64,000 bases of DNA from Zootoca vivipara (GCF_963506605.1 NC_083277.1:1178001-1242000), one strand, 5' to 3'; shown: positions 11,784-23,798, counted from the stretch's first letter. The notes: generated from the letters alone by a model not told the origin. Numbers and translations are program-made.

Positions 11784-12918
11784 TCCCACCTCCTGTCAAT
11801 GCTGGCATTGATCCCTCCCCCAGGGATGCTTCCCTCCCTCCCTCTGCCCCCCAACTTCCTCTGCCCTCCACCCCCCAGTCTCCCCTTTGCCCAGAGGCCC
11901 CCCTGGCCGCTCAGCCTTCCTGCCAAATCTCTCCCAAGCAAGCGCCCCCACCTCTCCATCCGGAGGAGCCTCGACAGATGAGCAAGGAGGGGGGGAGAGG
12001 AGGGAGTCAAAAGCGCCCCAGGGATTTCTTCCAGGGGGAACAGAACTGGGGCCTGGGTTCAAGTCTCAGCCCTTCCAGAGAGGGAAACCCAACCAGATGG
12101 GCGGGGTAAAAATAAATTATTATTATTATTATTATTAGGTCACTGGCAATGGGACAGCACCTTCCACTGGATGAGAGGATAGAGGGTGAAATCAGGGCAG
12201 GCCAAATGGCACTCAGCTCAGTCCCCTCCTTGCCCCTCTCAGCATCCGCTGCCTGAGGGGGCAGCCTCAGTCTCCCTCACGGTGGAGCAGGCCCTGAGAA
12301 CAGCCTTCTATCTGCCCCCCCCCAAATACAGGAAATGTGACAAAGAAGACCTAGGAGTCTCACTGTGGAGCATAACAACAACTACTACTAGTACTACTAC
12401 TGGTTGTAAGTCACTTTGGGCTGCCCTGGGCAGGAGAAAGCTACTAATAGATTCAATAATTAAATAAAAATAACAATTGTAGTAATAATTACACAGGCTG
12501 GGGGGTGGGAGGAACCCCAACCATTTCCATAACAATCTTCCCAATCCGTTAAATCCCACAGATTTAAGAAGGAGGAGTTGGGCACAGGTATCTCTGGGTA
12601 GGAACCCTTTAAATGCTTCTCCACAGAGACACAGGCATGTGGGTGAGACTGTAGTTGCCAAGACAGAAGCCTCAAAGGGCGGAAAGAATAAAGTGGGCTT
12701 CCTCCCTTTCCTCTCCCCCCCCCCCATGGTTGGACTCCCTATAACAGCCCCCAGCGCCCCATGCAGGAGCTGACCTGGGACTTCTGGCAGGGCAAGGACT
12801 GAGATTGAAGGGAGGAGAGGGTGGGTGGATCAGGCCTCCTCTTCAGGGATCTCTCCCTGGTCGACTTGAAGTCATGGCAGATTCCTGGGCAGGAGGGAGA
12901 AGTCAAGTCAGGCAGCCC

Positions 12919-12923
<5 letters not shown>

Positions 12924-12993
<70 letters not shown>
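12924..12993. repeat. (TC)n microsatellite
   Basis: Pure dinucleotide run; lies in a local tandem duplication of ~10930-12080 at ~12140-13410. Confidence 0.97.
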
Positions 12994-12997
<4 letters not shown>

Positions 12998-13771
12998 CCT
13001 CCTGCCAATGCTGACTTTGATCCCTCCCCCAGGAATGCTTCCCTCCCTCCCTCAGCCCCCCCAACTTCCTCTGCCCTCCTCCCTCCGCCCCCAGTCTCCC
13101 CTTCGCCCAGAGGCCCCCCTGGCCGGCTCAGCCTTCCTGCCAAATCTCTCCCAAGCGCCCCCACCTCTCCATCCGGAGGATCCTCGCAAGAAGAGCAGGG
13201 AGGGGGGAGAGGAGGGATAGGGGGGGTCTCTATCCAGGCCTCTCTCGCCCCCTTTAACCCTTCCGTGGACTCCCCATCTCTAGACAAAAGGGACCCACCA
13301 AGCCGCGGAGTCAAAAGCGCCCCAGGGATTTTTGCCAGGGGGAACCAGGAATTCTCAGAGGGGCGCGGAACTGGAGCCTGGGTTCAGGTCTCAGCCCTTC
13401 CAGAGAGGGAAAGGGGAGGGGGGGAACTCCCTTACTTTACTCCCCCCCCCCGTCCCAATTCCTGCTATCCCTTCCCAGCTGCCCTACAGAACAGGGGGAG
13501 AAACAGCGCATTCACCTCCCCCTCCCCACAACCCTAAATCCCTCCCCCCCAATATATCTATATTCTGCACCTCTTTTTTGCAGACCTGCTCCTCTTCTGG
13601 GAATGTGAATGGCGGCCCCTCCCCCTCCCCCCTTGGCTCCCAAACCTCCCTGCCTCTCTAGGAAGCGGAGCTCACTGACCCAAATTCTCCTCCTTCCAAA
13701 CAAGCTGGGTAAATCCATGGTAACTCACGTTACATTTGACTTATGATTGCGACAATTAAGTAATATCTAAA

Positions 13772-14120
13772 TGTTGTGACGTGGGGTTTGTGATTTCAGC
13801 TCTCTTGACAAACATGCTGGAGACAGTTCTCTAGTAACAGCTCTTTATTAAAGTGAACAAGACTGACTGTGAGGGCAGGAAGGCTACATTTATAGGGACA
13901 GGGAACTAGCTAGAAGGGGATACATTTTGGAGGGAACAATATCAGGCAATCACAGTGCTGCCTTTTGGAGGGAACCAATGAGACAGAGGATCCAAATACA
14001 GCAGCTTAAATGAACCAATAGTAGCTGTACCTTCTGGAACCAAAAGGCAGTTACTTTATCCTAATGCAAATACAGACAATAATAATACAGAGATAAAATC
14101 CTTTGACTCAATACACAACA
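13772..14120 (-). repeat. 3' LTR (349 bp)
   Basis: Direct repeat of 18336-18684; adjacent polypurine tract AGGGGGGGAGGGG (14121-14133, minus strand). Confidence 0.96.
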
Positions 14121-14131
14121 CCCCTCCCCCC

Positions 14132-17100
14132 CTAGTGAGCACAGCAGACATAATCCCTCAGGTACTGTGGGGTCCTACAACTTCTACTTGATCTCCTGAC
14201 AACAGGTGTTGCAGGTTCTGGATTGGGTGTTACCTGTGGTGGAGGGGCTGCTATAGGGGTTTCGTCAGGAACAGATGGAGTCCCAGACATCTCAGGGTCC
14301 CCTACCTGTACCTCGTCATCCTGAGGACTAGCAGACCCTGGTTCATTTGATGAAGCCCCTGGTGACTGCACCTCTGGGCCATCTTCACTCTGGTCTCGCA
14401 GCTGTGCGTCATTAGCCAGGGATGAATTATCTGACTCCTCCCTGCTGAGCGCCCGGCGCCTCAGCTGATCTATATGTCTCTTCCAAACTTGCCCATTTTC
14501 CAAGGTCACATAATAGGACACAGGTCCACTAGCCCGGGTGATCACACCGGCCACCCACCGCGGACCTCGTGAATAGTTCCTCACCCAGACCAGATCTTCA
14601 GGGGCGAGATACCTTGTTGTGTCAGTCTCAGCCTGGGGGGTTGCTCTTGAATTACGGTTTGGCATTTTATCTGGGTGGACATAATCCAGCACCGTTACCA
14701 GTCTTCTACCTAAGAGCAGCTCGGCTGGCGACTTGCCCGTCGCAGTACACGGCGTCGCATGCTGCAAAAATAACATTCGTGCAATGCGAGCCGACCAGTT
14801 ACCCTCCATTAAGTGCGCAATGGATTCTTTGGCTGTTCTTACCATGCGCTCAGCCTGCCCATTGGAGGATGGGTGAAAGGGCGCGGATGTGACCCCTCTT
14901 ATGAAGTTATCAGCCAAGAATGCCCTGAATTCTTGGGATACAAAAGCTGCCCCATTATCTGATACAATGGTCTCCGGTAACCCGTGGGTTGCAAACAGCT
15001 GCCTCAACACCTTGATTACGGCAGCTGATGCCATGCTAGGGACCATCGCCACTTCTAACCATTTGGAATATGCATCAACGATAACCAAAAAGACCTTCCC
15101 TTGGAATGGCCCAGCAAAATCTATGTGCAGCCGGCTCCAGGGAGTCCTGGACTGCTCCCACCAGTGGACTGGTGCTCTGGCCACTTCTGGCCGCACCTCT
15201 TGGCATGCCTTGCATGTTCGTACCCATTGTTCTATGTTCTGGTCCATTCCAGGCCACCACACATAACATCGGGCTAGCGACTTCATCCTGACCATTCCCG
15301 GGTGTCCCATGTGAAGCGTCTCAAGAACCCTGTTTCTCAGTGGTTCTGGGATGATCACCCTATCTCCCCATAGGAGACAACCCTTATGCATGGACAATTC
15401 GTGCTGCCTTGTCGCATAAGGCCTGAATTTTTCTTCATGCGGACCACCAGGCCACCCCCTCCCCACCCAAGTGAGCACACGGGAGAGAACAGCATCTTTC
15501 CTCGTTTTCTCAGCTATATCAGTAGCTGTTACAGGAGCCCCCGGAAGTGTTTCTAGCATTATAATGTGCTCCGCTGGAGCAGGATCCTCATTGCTCCCGC
15601 CAGGAAGGGGCAATCGACTCAGCGCATCAGCGTGGCACAACTGTTTCCCCGGCACATGGGTCAAGGTGTACTGGAACCCATTCAGGAATATTGACCAACG
15701 CAACATTCTGGGGGAGAGAATTTGTGGCGTTTGTTTGTTTGGGTTGAACAACCCTAACAGTGGTTTGTGGTCCGTTTCAATGGAGAAATGGCGACCGTAC
15801 AAATAATCATAGAACCTTTTGATTCCTGACACAATTGCTAGTGCCTCTTTATCAATTTGAGCATAGTTGCGCTCCGTGGGTGACAACGTACGGGAATAGA
15901 AAGAGATGGGCTTTTCCGACCCATCCGGTTCCCTATGACTCAGCACAGCCCCCAGGCCGTATTGAGAGGCATCACATGCCAGGACCAGCGGCTTCGACTC
16001 ATCATAATGAGCAAGGACGCTCCTGCTACTCAGCATTTCTCGCAAGGAGTCAAAAGCCTTCTGCTGCTCCCTCCCCCATCGCCACACATTCTTTTTCTGC
16101 AAAAGTCTATGTAATGGTTCAGCTACCGAAGCTTTCTGGGGTAAGAACAAATGATAAAAGTTAATAAGTCCCAGGAATGACTGCAACTCCGTCTTGTTCT
16201 GTGGTCGTGGTGCCTCGATGATGGCCTTAATCTTAGCATCTGTGGGGTGGATGCCTGATGCATCAATTTTAAACCCCAAGAAATCCACAGTTGGCACCCA
16301 AAAACTGCATTTTTCTTTTTTCAGTTGCAACCCCACCTCCTTGAACTTGAGCAACACTGCACGGACACGCGCAACCAGTTCCTGTGGGTCTTTTCCAGCA
16401 ATCAAAACGTCATCAAAAAATGGCAAGACCCCCGGCAGACCTCTTAACAGGCGTTCCATGAGCCCTTGAAAAATCCCTGGGGCCACACAAACTCCGAACT
16501 GTAATCTGTTAACTCTGAACGCCCCTTTATGTGTGACAATAGTCTGTGCTTCCGCTGATTGTGGGGTTACTGGCAGCTGTTGGTAAGCTTGTGCCAGGTC
16601 AATTTTGGCGAACACCTTGCCCCCATCCAGTTTAGCCAACAGATGTGATATGACTGGAATGGGGTATGAGTTTCCCCTGAGTGCCTTATTGATAGTACAT
16701 TTGTAATCTGCACATATCCTGACTTCCCCATTTGCTTTAAGGGGCGTGACGATTGGAGTCTCCCACTTAGCAGAGTCCACGGGTGAGAGAACTCCCTGCT
16801 TGACCAATTTATCCAGCTCTGCCTCGATCTTGGGTTGCAGTGCAAATGGCACTCGCCTTGGTTTGAGTCGGATTGGGGCCACCCCGGGATCCAACTCGAA
16901 GTCAACTGGGGGCCCTTTATAACACCCCAGTTTTCCATTAAAGAGACCAGCAAATTCCTTGCATAATGCCTCGCTCATCTCAGGGCAGGTTTGGATTGAA
17001 TTTAGCCCTGAGATACTCAGTCCCAGGGCAGGGAACCAGTCAGTGCCCAGGAGACTGGGGCGACTGCCCTTCGCAATCACCAGTTTGAGTACAGCCTGTT

Positions 17101-18208
17101 TGTCCCGGAACTGTACTCTCACGGCACACATTCCCATAACATGGATGCGGCCTGCTGAGTACGACTGCAAGGTTGCCGGGAAGGGCTCCAGAGGGGGCAA
17201 CTTACCCCTGGGGAAGAATGTCTTCGCGGTCTGGTCCGACACGATGGTGAATGCAGATCCGGAGTCCACCTCCATGTCGCACTGCTGACCCTCAATCTTC
17301 ACCTTGACGTGTGCCTTGCCTTGCGCTGGAAACTGCACGGCCCTCCCGTTGATCTCCGTTACGTAGTGGCAGTCCTTTAGAAAATGAGGTGCTGTGGGCG
17401 GTCTGCGATGCTCCAGTCTAGGTGCTCCTGTCGCTCCCGACACCGCCGATCTACAGACCCTGGCGATGTGACCCGTCTTTCCGCACGTCCGGCACATAGC
17501 ATCCCTGAAACGACAACTCTTCTGCTCATGGTTTCTGCCACAACCTGGGCAACTGCCTCGGCGATCTTTGTGCACTGTGCAGGCCTGACGCACCAACTCG
17601 ACCCCACGGACTGGGCTCTGGCTCGGAGTAGCCTCTAGCTCGTCCATGGCATGCGCAACTTCTATCTGTGGCTTAGTGGCCTTGCGACTGGCATCAAGCT
17701 CCTCTCTTTCATAATTCTCTGTGGCGGTGGCCTCCTTCAAGGCTGAAGCAAGGGTAACCTCTTCTTTAGCCACGATGCGTCTTCTGGCTTTCTTGCTGCT
17801 CAGACCACCAATAAACCGATCCAGGAGAGTCTCTTCCAGATTTTGGAAGCCGCAGTGCTGAGCGAGCTTCCGGAGTTCAGCCAGAAATGCGGATACAGAC
17901 TCCCCAGCACGCTGCTGCCTCTTATGGAACTCCATCTGCCGGGCCATCTTGGTCTCAGTAGGCGCCAAGTGGCTTGTTAGGCAGGCAAGAATATCTTTGA
18001 GAGATGTCTCACTCAGCTTCGCTGGAGCAAGTAATGCCTTGGCCAGCTTGAAGGTCTCGGGCCCACAGTAGCTCAGGAATGTGGCCCTTCTTTTGCTGGC
18101 ATCGGTGATCCCTTGAGCCACTGCAAAGAACTCGAAGCGTTCGACGTAGTCTTCCCACGTGTGGGGCTCTGATGGCTGGAAGGGCTCCAATACCCTTGGA
18201 CTCTCCAT
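14132..18208 (-). CDS. Gag-Pol polyprotein (Gag-PR-RT-RNaseH-IN), 1358 aa
   Basis: CRTCGKTGHIARVC zinc knuckle, VDSGS protease, FFDD RT motif, ACDAS/DKEAL/TDHKPL RNase H, HHCC and D,D(35)E integrase (DFAG, SDNG, AER); integrase after RNase H = Gypsy order. Confidence 0.96.
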   Translation of the reverse strand: MESPRVLEPFQPSEPHTWEDYVERFEFFAVAQGITDASKRRATFLSYCGPETFKLAKALLAPAKLSETSLKDILACLTSHLAPTETKMARQMEFHKRQQRAGESVSAFLAELRKLAQHCGFQNLEETLLDRFIGGLSSKKARRRIVAKEEVTLASALKEATATENYEREELDASRKATKPQIEVAHAMDELEATPSQSPVRGVELVRQACTVHKDRRGSCPGCGRNHEQKSCRFRDAMCRTCGKTGHIARVCRSAVSGATGAPRLEHRRPPTAPHFLKDCHYVTEINGRAVQFPAQGKAHVKVKIEGQQCDMEVDSGSAFTIVSDQTAKTFFPRGKLPPLEPFPATLQSYSAGRIHVMGMCAVRVQFRDKQAVLKLVIAKGSRPSLLGTDWFPALGLSISGLNSIQTCPEMSEALCKEFAGLFNGKLGCYKGPPVDFELDPGVAPIRLKPRRVPFALQPKIEAELDKLVKQGVLSPVDSAKWETPIVTPLKANGEVRICADYKCTINKALRGNSYPIPVISHLLAKLDGGKVFAKIDLAQAYQQLPVTPQSAEAQTIVTHKGAFRVNRLQFGVCVAPGIFQGLMERLLRGLPGVLPFFDDVLIAGKDPQELVARVRAVLLKFKEVGLQLKKEKCSFWVPTVDFLGFKIDASGIHPTDAKIKAIIEAPRPQNKTELQSFLGLINFYHLFLPQKASVAEPLHRLLQKKNVWRWGREQQKAFDSLREMLSSRSVLAHYDESKPLVLACDASQYGLGAVLSHREPDGSEKPISFYSRTLSPTERNYAQIDKEALAIVSGIKRFYDYLYGRHFSIETDHKPLLGLFNPNKQTPQILSPRMLRWSIFLNGFQYTLTHVPGKQLCHADALSRLPLPGGSNEDPAPAEHIIMLETLPGAPVTATDIAEKTRKDAVLSRVLTWVGRGWPGGPHEEKFRPYATRQHELSMHKGCLLWGDRVIIPEPLRNRVLETLHMGHPGMVRMKSLARCYVWWPGMDQNIEQWVRTCKACQEVRPEVARAPVHWWEQSRTPWSRLHIDFAGPFQGKVFLVIVDAYSKWLEVAMVPSMASAAVIKVLRQLFATHGLPETIVSDNGAAFVSQEFRAFLADNFIRGVTSAPFHPSSNGQAERMVRTAKESIAHLMEGNWSARIARMLFLQHATPCTATGKSPAELLLGRRLVTVLDYVHPDKMPNRNSRATPQAETDTTRYLAPEDLVWVRNYSRGPRWVAGVITRASGPVSYYVTLENGQVWKRHIDQLRRRALSREESDNSSLANDAQLRDQSEDGPEVQSPGASSNEPGSASPQDDEVQVGDPEMSGTPSVPDETPIAAPPPQVTPNPEPATPVVRRSSRSCRTPQYLRDYVCCAH

Positions 18209-18315
18209 TGTCCTAGCGGGCAGGGTCGTCTTCTCAGCTGGCCAGTGAGTCTTGTTCTACGCTGCAATCCGGACTCTGAGGCAGGGCTGTGTTTAACCGC
18301 TCCTCAGCATTCCGG

Positions 18316-18333
18316 ATCCCATCCTCGTCGCCA
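18316..18333 (-). promoter_or_regulatory. Primer-binding site complementary to tRNA-Ser(GCU) 3' end
   Basis: TGGCGACGAGGATGGGAT two bases inside the 5' LTR; complement ATCCCATCCTCGTCGCCA is the recalled 3' end of vertebrate tRNA-Ser(GCT). Confidence 0.85.
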
Positions 18334-18335
18334 GT

Positions 18336-18684
18336 TGTTGTGACGTGGGGTTTGTGATTTCAGCTCTCTTGACAAACATGCTGGAGACAGTTCTCTAGTA
18401 ACAGCTCTTTATTAAAGTGAACAAGACTGACTGTGAGGGCAGGAAGGCTACATTTATAGGGACAGGGAACTAGCTAGAAGGGGATACATTTTGGAGGGAA
18501 CAATATCAGGCAATCACAGTGCTGCCTTTTGGAGGGAACCAATGAGACAGAGGATCCAAATACAGCAGCTTAAATGAACCAATAGTAGCTGTACCTTCTG
18601 GAACCAAAAGGCAGTTACTTTATCCTAATGCAAATACAGACAATAATAATACAGAGATAAAATCCTTTGACTCAATACACAACA
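18336..18684 (-). repeat. 5' LTR (349 bp)
   Basis: No difference from 13772-14120 seen by eye; TATAAA and AATAAA on minus strand. Confidence 0.96.
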
Positions 18685-19199
18685 CCAAACATAGTAATTG
18701 AGAAGCAATCTTGAATAAAATAATTGTGTATATAATACATACCTGGTTATTATAGAATCTTATTACCTTTTTTATATTAATTTCAAAATATGAAAAATAA
18801 AAATTATTTTTGTGTGGTAACTCACGTTACATGAATTGGACAGCTTAATTTTATGCACCCACTGTTTTTTCTTTTTCCTCCTCCATGATGAATTTAGAAA
18901 AAAACTTTTTAGGTAAGAGTATTACAGAAACCTTGCCTTTCATAGCATAGTGGTCTGGCATTTCTAATTTCAACAGTTATTAATTGAATAACTTTTCTCA
19001 TGGTAACTCATGTTACATAACATGGTAACTCATGTTACTTTTCAAATCATAATTTTGGGCATTGGAATTCTATGAAGGTAAATAATTATTTTCTTGTCAT
19101 TTAGGAAATTTTGACAAATATTTATTTAAACATGAATATTAGAGACAGTTTAGAATTAACTTGAATTAACCATAGTAGGTGGGGAAATTACGCCAATGA

Positions 19200-20260
19200 C
19201 TTCACAGGTCTGCTTAGTTACTCATCACTATTTGTAGAAAGTATGGAGCAAATAGGTTTGTGTTCCAGAATCTTAATATGGTGCATCTTTGATATGACCT
19301 TCACTGGCTGTGCAGTTTTGAAAATATTCATTGTATTCAGCGTAGCGTTTCTTTTAATGATTTGGCCTGGTGTCATCTCCACTACTTTCAATGGAGACTT
19401 TAGTTGCTGTGGTGACAAACTGAGTGGCATTGGAAACTATTTGCTTTCTTGCTCTCACTGCATTCCAAACTTGACGCTTAATGGTCCCTCCTATGCCATC
19501 AACTGGGCCTTTGCCATGCGGTGTAGCAAAGTAGTTCCACCTTATTTTCTTGTGGTGCTTTTTTCAAGAGCAGCAATTGCAGCCACAACATATTTGTTCT
19601 TAAATTGTGAGCTCGGTCCATCAGACCATACATTAATTATGTCAACTTCTTTGGGCAAAATGAAATCTTTGTAACATACCACTGTCTCCTTTGAATAATC
19701 TAGGTTGTCAGAAGCAAGAACCAATGGGTGGTGCTTCCCACTATACCACATTGAGCAAGTAAACAAGCTTACTTGGTTTTGTTTCCAGTGGGCACTTTGA
19801 ATTTCATCCTGTGCCACACAGCTGTAATTTCCCGAAAAGTCAACCTGTATAAGTGCAGTCTTCTGATCAAAGTCTTTTCGTCCTACTGCTTCTCTCTGTT
19901 TTTGGTAGGCTTTGGCTTGTTCCCTTTTTATATAACAGTGCTGCATAAAAGTTTCTGTCATACTTCTGATGTGACAAGCAAGGTCTCTCGCACTCCCCTC
20001 AACCACCATCTTGCTTAACCTATCATATTCATTCCCCCCCAAATATTCCAAGTTGCTGAAATACATTCCGGAATATTTTCAAAAGCTTCATCAAGTTTCT
20101 GTTTGCCACCTTTGCATTTGTCAAATTTCCCCAGCCAACAGCTTTCTTTTGGTTCCTTACAGATCAAGGAGTTGGGAAATTCAGAACTGTATGCTGGAAA
20201 ATTTCCTGGCATACAACTGTGCAAAGAATTTATTGCCATCATATAGTTTTAATGATACTT
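19200..20260 (-). pseudogene. Frameshifted Sola-type DD(D/E) transposase
   Basis: VDFSGNY..QDEIQSAHW and WSDGPSSQFKN in ORF 19542-20066, then after a frameshift WNYFATPHGKGPVDGIGGTIKR (~19470-19540). Confidence 0.75.
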
Positions 20261-21920
20261 ACACAGGCACACATTATGTGGAAGTTTATTGGAAAAAGAA
20301 AAATATACCAAAACAATTCAAAACCGTCACAGTGAGCACTGTAATGTGAGTTACCATAATTGCGGTAACTCACGTTACACATTTTGATAGTGTTTGTAGG
20401 GCACAAAGTGTAACATAAAATTAAAATGTTTACATGATTACATTGCATCTACTGCCTAGAAGGAAAATGCAGAAAAGTTTAATTCTGAAGCTCCAATTCA
20501 GAAAGATATTCTAAAAATAACTTGTTTTGGTAACTCACTTTACAGCTTAATCATCAATAATTAACATCAATCAATACCAATTAAGAATGTAATTGGAGCA
20601 ATATAGACCATTTGCAATTGAAAGATGACATTTTAAGCTTTCAATAGACATATTACAATCATTGTTTTCATGGTTTGAATAGATTTTATCTTACCTTTAA
20701 TGTATGTTTAAATTCAGAAACAAAATCATTTGCAACATGTGCTACATTCAGGTGGCAGCCATTTTGGAATGAAGCATTCTGGGAATAATTTGTTTTGTTG
20801 CCAAAACACTTTGATATGTGTACACAAACATAACATGTAAAAAAAATATTAAAAAAACTTTTTACAAAAAAAAATTTTCCCCACATTTTCATGGACTGAC
20901 CCAGCTCCGTTATCTTGTTTCTTTCCTGATAATCTCCCTGGTTCGATCCCCGGAGGCGGCAGGGAAAGAGACCCCCCCTCCCAAAAAGTCCCCCCCGGGC
21001 ACGAAGGAGACAGTCCCCCTTCCTCTCTTTTAATCCTCTTCAGATGTAACAGGGATTTTTGCAATTATGGGGGGGGGTGTTGCCCCTCCATCAGGCAGTC
21101 TGCTCCCCCCCCCTTCATTCTCTCTCACACACACACACCCAATGTCTCCTCCAAGCCCCACATAAGGAAATGGCTCCCAAGGGGGGAGTTTGGGGCACGA
21201 GGGAGGGCAGCCCTGATCCCTAAAGCGGGAGCCCAGGTATTGCCTGAGGGAGCATCTCTGGGATCATCATTCCTGACACGGGTTTGGGGCTTGGAAGAGT
21301 AACTTACAACAACCCTAAAGGGTAGTCCAGTGTCGTGCCTTTTAAAAATAGGGGCTGGTGTTTGAACTTGGGCTTTGCTAATGGGGGGAGGGGCAGAACA
21401 GTTGGAACCCACATTCGGCTCCCCGCTGTGAGGGCAAGACCCCCTCCTGACTCGCACCAGGATCCTGCAATGCAGGACAGGGAGCAGTGCCAGGTGAACA
21501 CTGTGACAAGTCCCGTCCCCCCCATTTTCCACAGCAGGGCATTGGCAGCGGGGAGACCGAGAGAGATAGAGTCCTCTCCATCCTGGGCCTGGCGGGGGGG
21601 AATGTGCGGAGGGGCTGCCTTGGCTTCTCCCTCCTGGCAAGGAATCTGCTACTCCTCCAAGTTCTTCGGCAGAGGGATCCCTGAAACGGGGAGACCACTT
21701 CCCCCACCCCCATATGTCGAAGGCCAGCGGTTGCCTCGGACGCTGGGTGCTCCAGACACAGGACCACCTGGGAGGCTCCCCTCTCCCAGGCTTCCGGTTT
21801 TAGCTCTTATTTCCACTGCATGGTTGATCAATGATGGTGATGATGATGTGCACAGCAACCCAGAAATAGGGGTGGGGAGGGGTGGGGGGTGCTATAGAAA
21901 TGCATGCAGGGTTTATATAT

Positions 21921-22035
21921 AGGTAAAAGGTAAAAGGACCCCTGGACGGTTAAGTCCAGCTGAATTTGACCATGGTGTGCGGTGCTCATCTCCGCTTTCA
22001 GGCCGAGGGAGCCAGGCAGCTTTCCGGCTCATATA
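21921..22035 (-). mobile_element. Sauria SINE 3' fragment
   Basis: AGGTAAAAGGTAAA tail (reverse of (ACCTTT)n) followed by GACCCCTGGACGGTTAAGTCCAG...GCTCATCTCCGCTTTCAGGCCGAGGGAGCC. Confidence 0.75.
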
Positions 22036-22220
22036 TTGTGATTCAAGTTCCAGAAGAACTACACAAAATCTACAATGAGACTCACAGGATAATGGTGGCG
22101 TGAGCTTTCCTCCTCCAGAGTCCACGTCCTCAGCCTGCAACCCACAAAACCTTAGACAATAATACATTTATTGGCCCTTCATTTTGCACAACACAAATAT
22201 CTGCATTTTTTATATAAACT

Positions 22221-23073
22221 GCTGGACTAGATGAATCCCAAGCAGGAATTAAGATTGCCGGAAGAAATATCAACAACCTCAGGTATGCAGATGACACAGC
22301 CTTGATGGCAGAAAGCGAGGAGGAATTAAAGAACCTTTTAATGAGGGTGAAAGAGGAGAGCGCAAAATATGGTCTGAAGCTCAACATCAAAAAAACCAAG
22401 ATCATGGCCACTGGTCCCATCACCTCCTGGCAAATAGAAGGGGAAGAAATGGAGGCAGTGAGAGATTTCACCTTCTTGGGCTCCTTGATCACTGCAGATG
22501 GTGACAGCAGTCACGAAATTAAAAGACGCCTGCTTCTTGGGAGAAAAGCAATGACAAACCTAGACAGCATCTTAAAAAGCAGAGACATCACCTTGCCAAC
22601 AAAGGTCCGTATAGTTAAAGCTATGGTTTTCCCAGTAGTGATGTATGGAAGTGAGAGCTGGACCATAAAGAAGGCTGATCGCCGAAGAATTGATGCTTTT
22701 GAATTATGGTGCTGGAGGAGACTCTTGAGAGTCCCATGGACTGCAAGAAGATCAAACCTATCCATTCTTAAGGAAATCAGCCCTGAGTGCTCCCTGGAAG
22801 GACAGATCGTGAAGCTGAGGCTCCAATACTTTGGCCACCTCATGAGAAGAGAAGAATCCTTGGAAAAGACCCTGATGTTGGGAAAGATTGAGGGCACTAG
22901 GAGAAGGGGACGACAGAGGACGAGATGGTTGGACAGTGTTCTCGAAGCTACGAACATGAGTTTGACCAAACTGCGGGAGGCAGTGCAAGACAGGAGTGCC
23001 TGGCGTGCTATGGTCCATGGGGTCACGAAGAGTCGGACACGACTAAATGACTAAACAACAACAACAACAACAA
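22221..23073 (+). mobile_element. RTE-BovB LINE, 5'-truncated
   Basis: RYADD motif at ~22281, open 250-aa RT C-terminus, (CAA)n tail. Confidence 0.95.
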
Positions 23074-23170
23074 ACCATTCAGTATTCCATTATTGCATCC
23101 ATCAAAACTTATTTACACTGTTGAAGTTATCTGAATGCTTCAGTTATCACCTTTATTATTTATATTGGTA

Positions 23171-23385
23171 CTAGCTGGCCCTGCATTGCGGTGGCTCAGT
23201 CTGTTAAATGGAGGCTCAGAGTCCCACTTCAGACTCCCCTCACCTTCAGAGTCCCCCTGTTTTTCCATGTGTTATGTTTACATAGGCGCATCCCTGTGTC
23301 TCCCCCCCCCACCCTGTTCCAAACCATTACCTATCCCTGTCCCTCCCCCCCCCATCACCCGGTTCATCCCTGTAATCTCCACCTG
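23171..23385 (-). mobile_element. Helitron 3' fragment
   Basis: Minus strand ends GGGCCAGCTAG|T; similar to 33780-33978. Confidence 0.6.
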
Positions 23386-23792
23386 CAATGCTGAGGTCCT
23401 CCTCCACGGATTTTTGCTTGTTCCCTCACTGAGAACATCTATCTCAGGGATGCCCAACAGGTCGATCGCGATCTACTGGTAGATTCCCGCAAGTTTTTGG
23501 TAGATCGTGGGTTGATGTCACCTGATCGATGTTGTTGTCTCTCTGTGGTTGTTTTCATTCAAAGCGATATTATTTCTCCCTTTTACCCTTGCCTTTAACC
23601 CCCCCCCAAAAAAAGGAACTTTGACCTTTAAAGCCCTAAACCTGAGAGAGTGTCTCCACTCCCATCATTCAGCGGGGACACTGAGTCTCCTCCTAGGGGC
23701 TGATGGTGGTTCCCTGACTGTGAGAAGCAAAGTTACAGGGAGCCCTGTTTAGGGAAGCTTTTAATCTTTCAGAAATTAGTGTACTGTATTTT

Positions 23793-23798
<6 letters not shown>

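Larger units (their letters stand above)
13772..18684 (-). mobile_element. Full-length Ty3/Gypsy (Mag-like) LTR retrotransposon
   Basis: Two 349-bp TG...CA LTRs, PBS, PPT, single gag-pol ORF, 5-bp TSD CTAAA/CCAAA. Confidence 0.97.
13707..20902 (-). mobile_element. Sola2-type DNA transposon (~2.3 kb, defective), interrupted by a Gypsy element
   Basis: Imperfect TIRs GGGTAAATCCATG / CATGGACTGACCC; 4-bp TSD AGCT (13703-13706, 20903-20906); empty site ACAAGCTCTG in paralogs (~88, ~42134); transposase remnant inside. Confidence 0.75.

Noticed and set aside
11610-13537. ORFs with poly-SL or poly-RE tracts
   Set aside because: Translations of (TC)n microsatellites in GC-rich intron modules; frames not conserved among paralogs
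18316-18333. tRNA-Ser gene
   Set aside because: Only the 18-nt 3' end including CCA is present, next to the LTR; it is the primer-binding site
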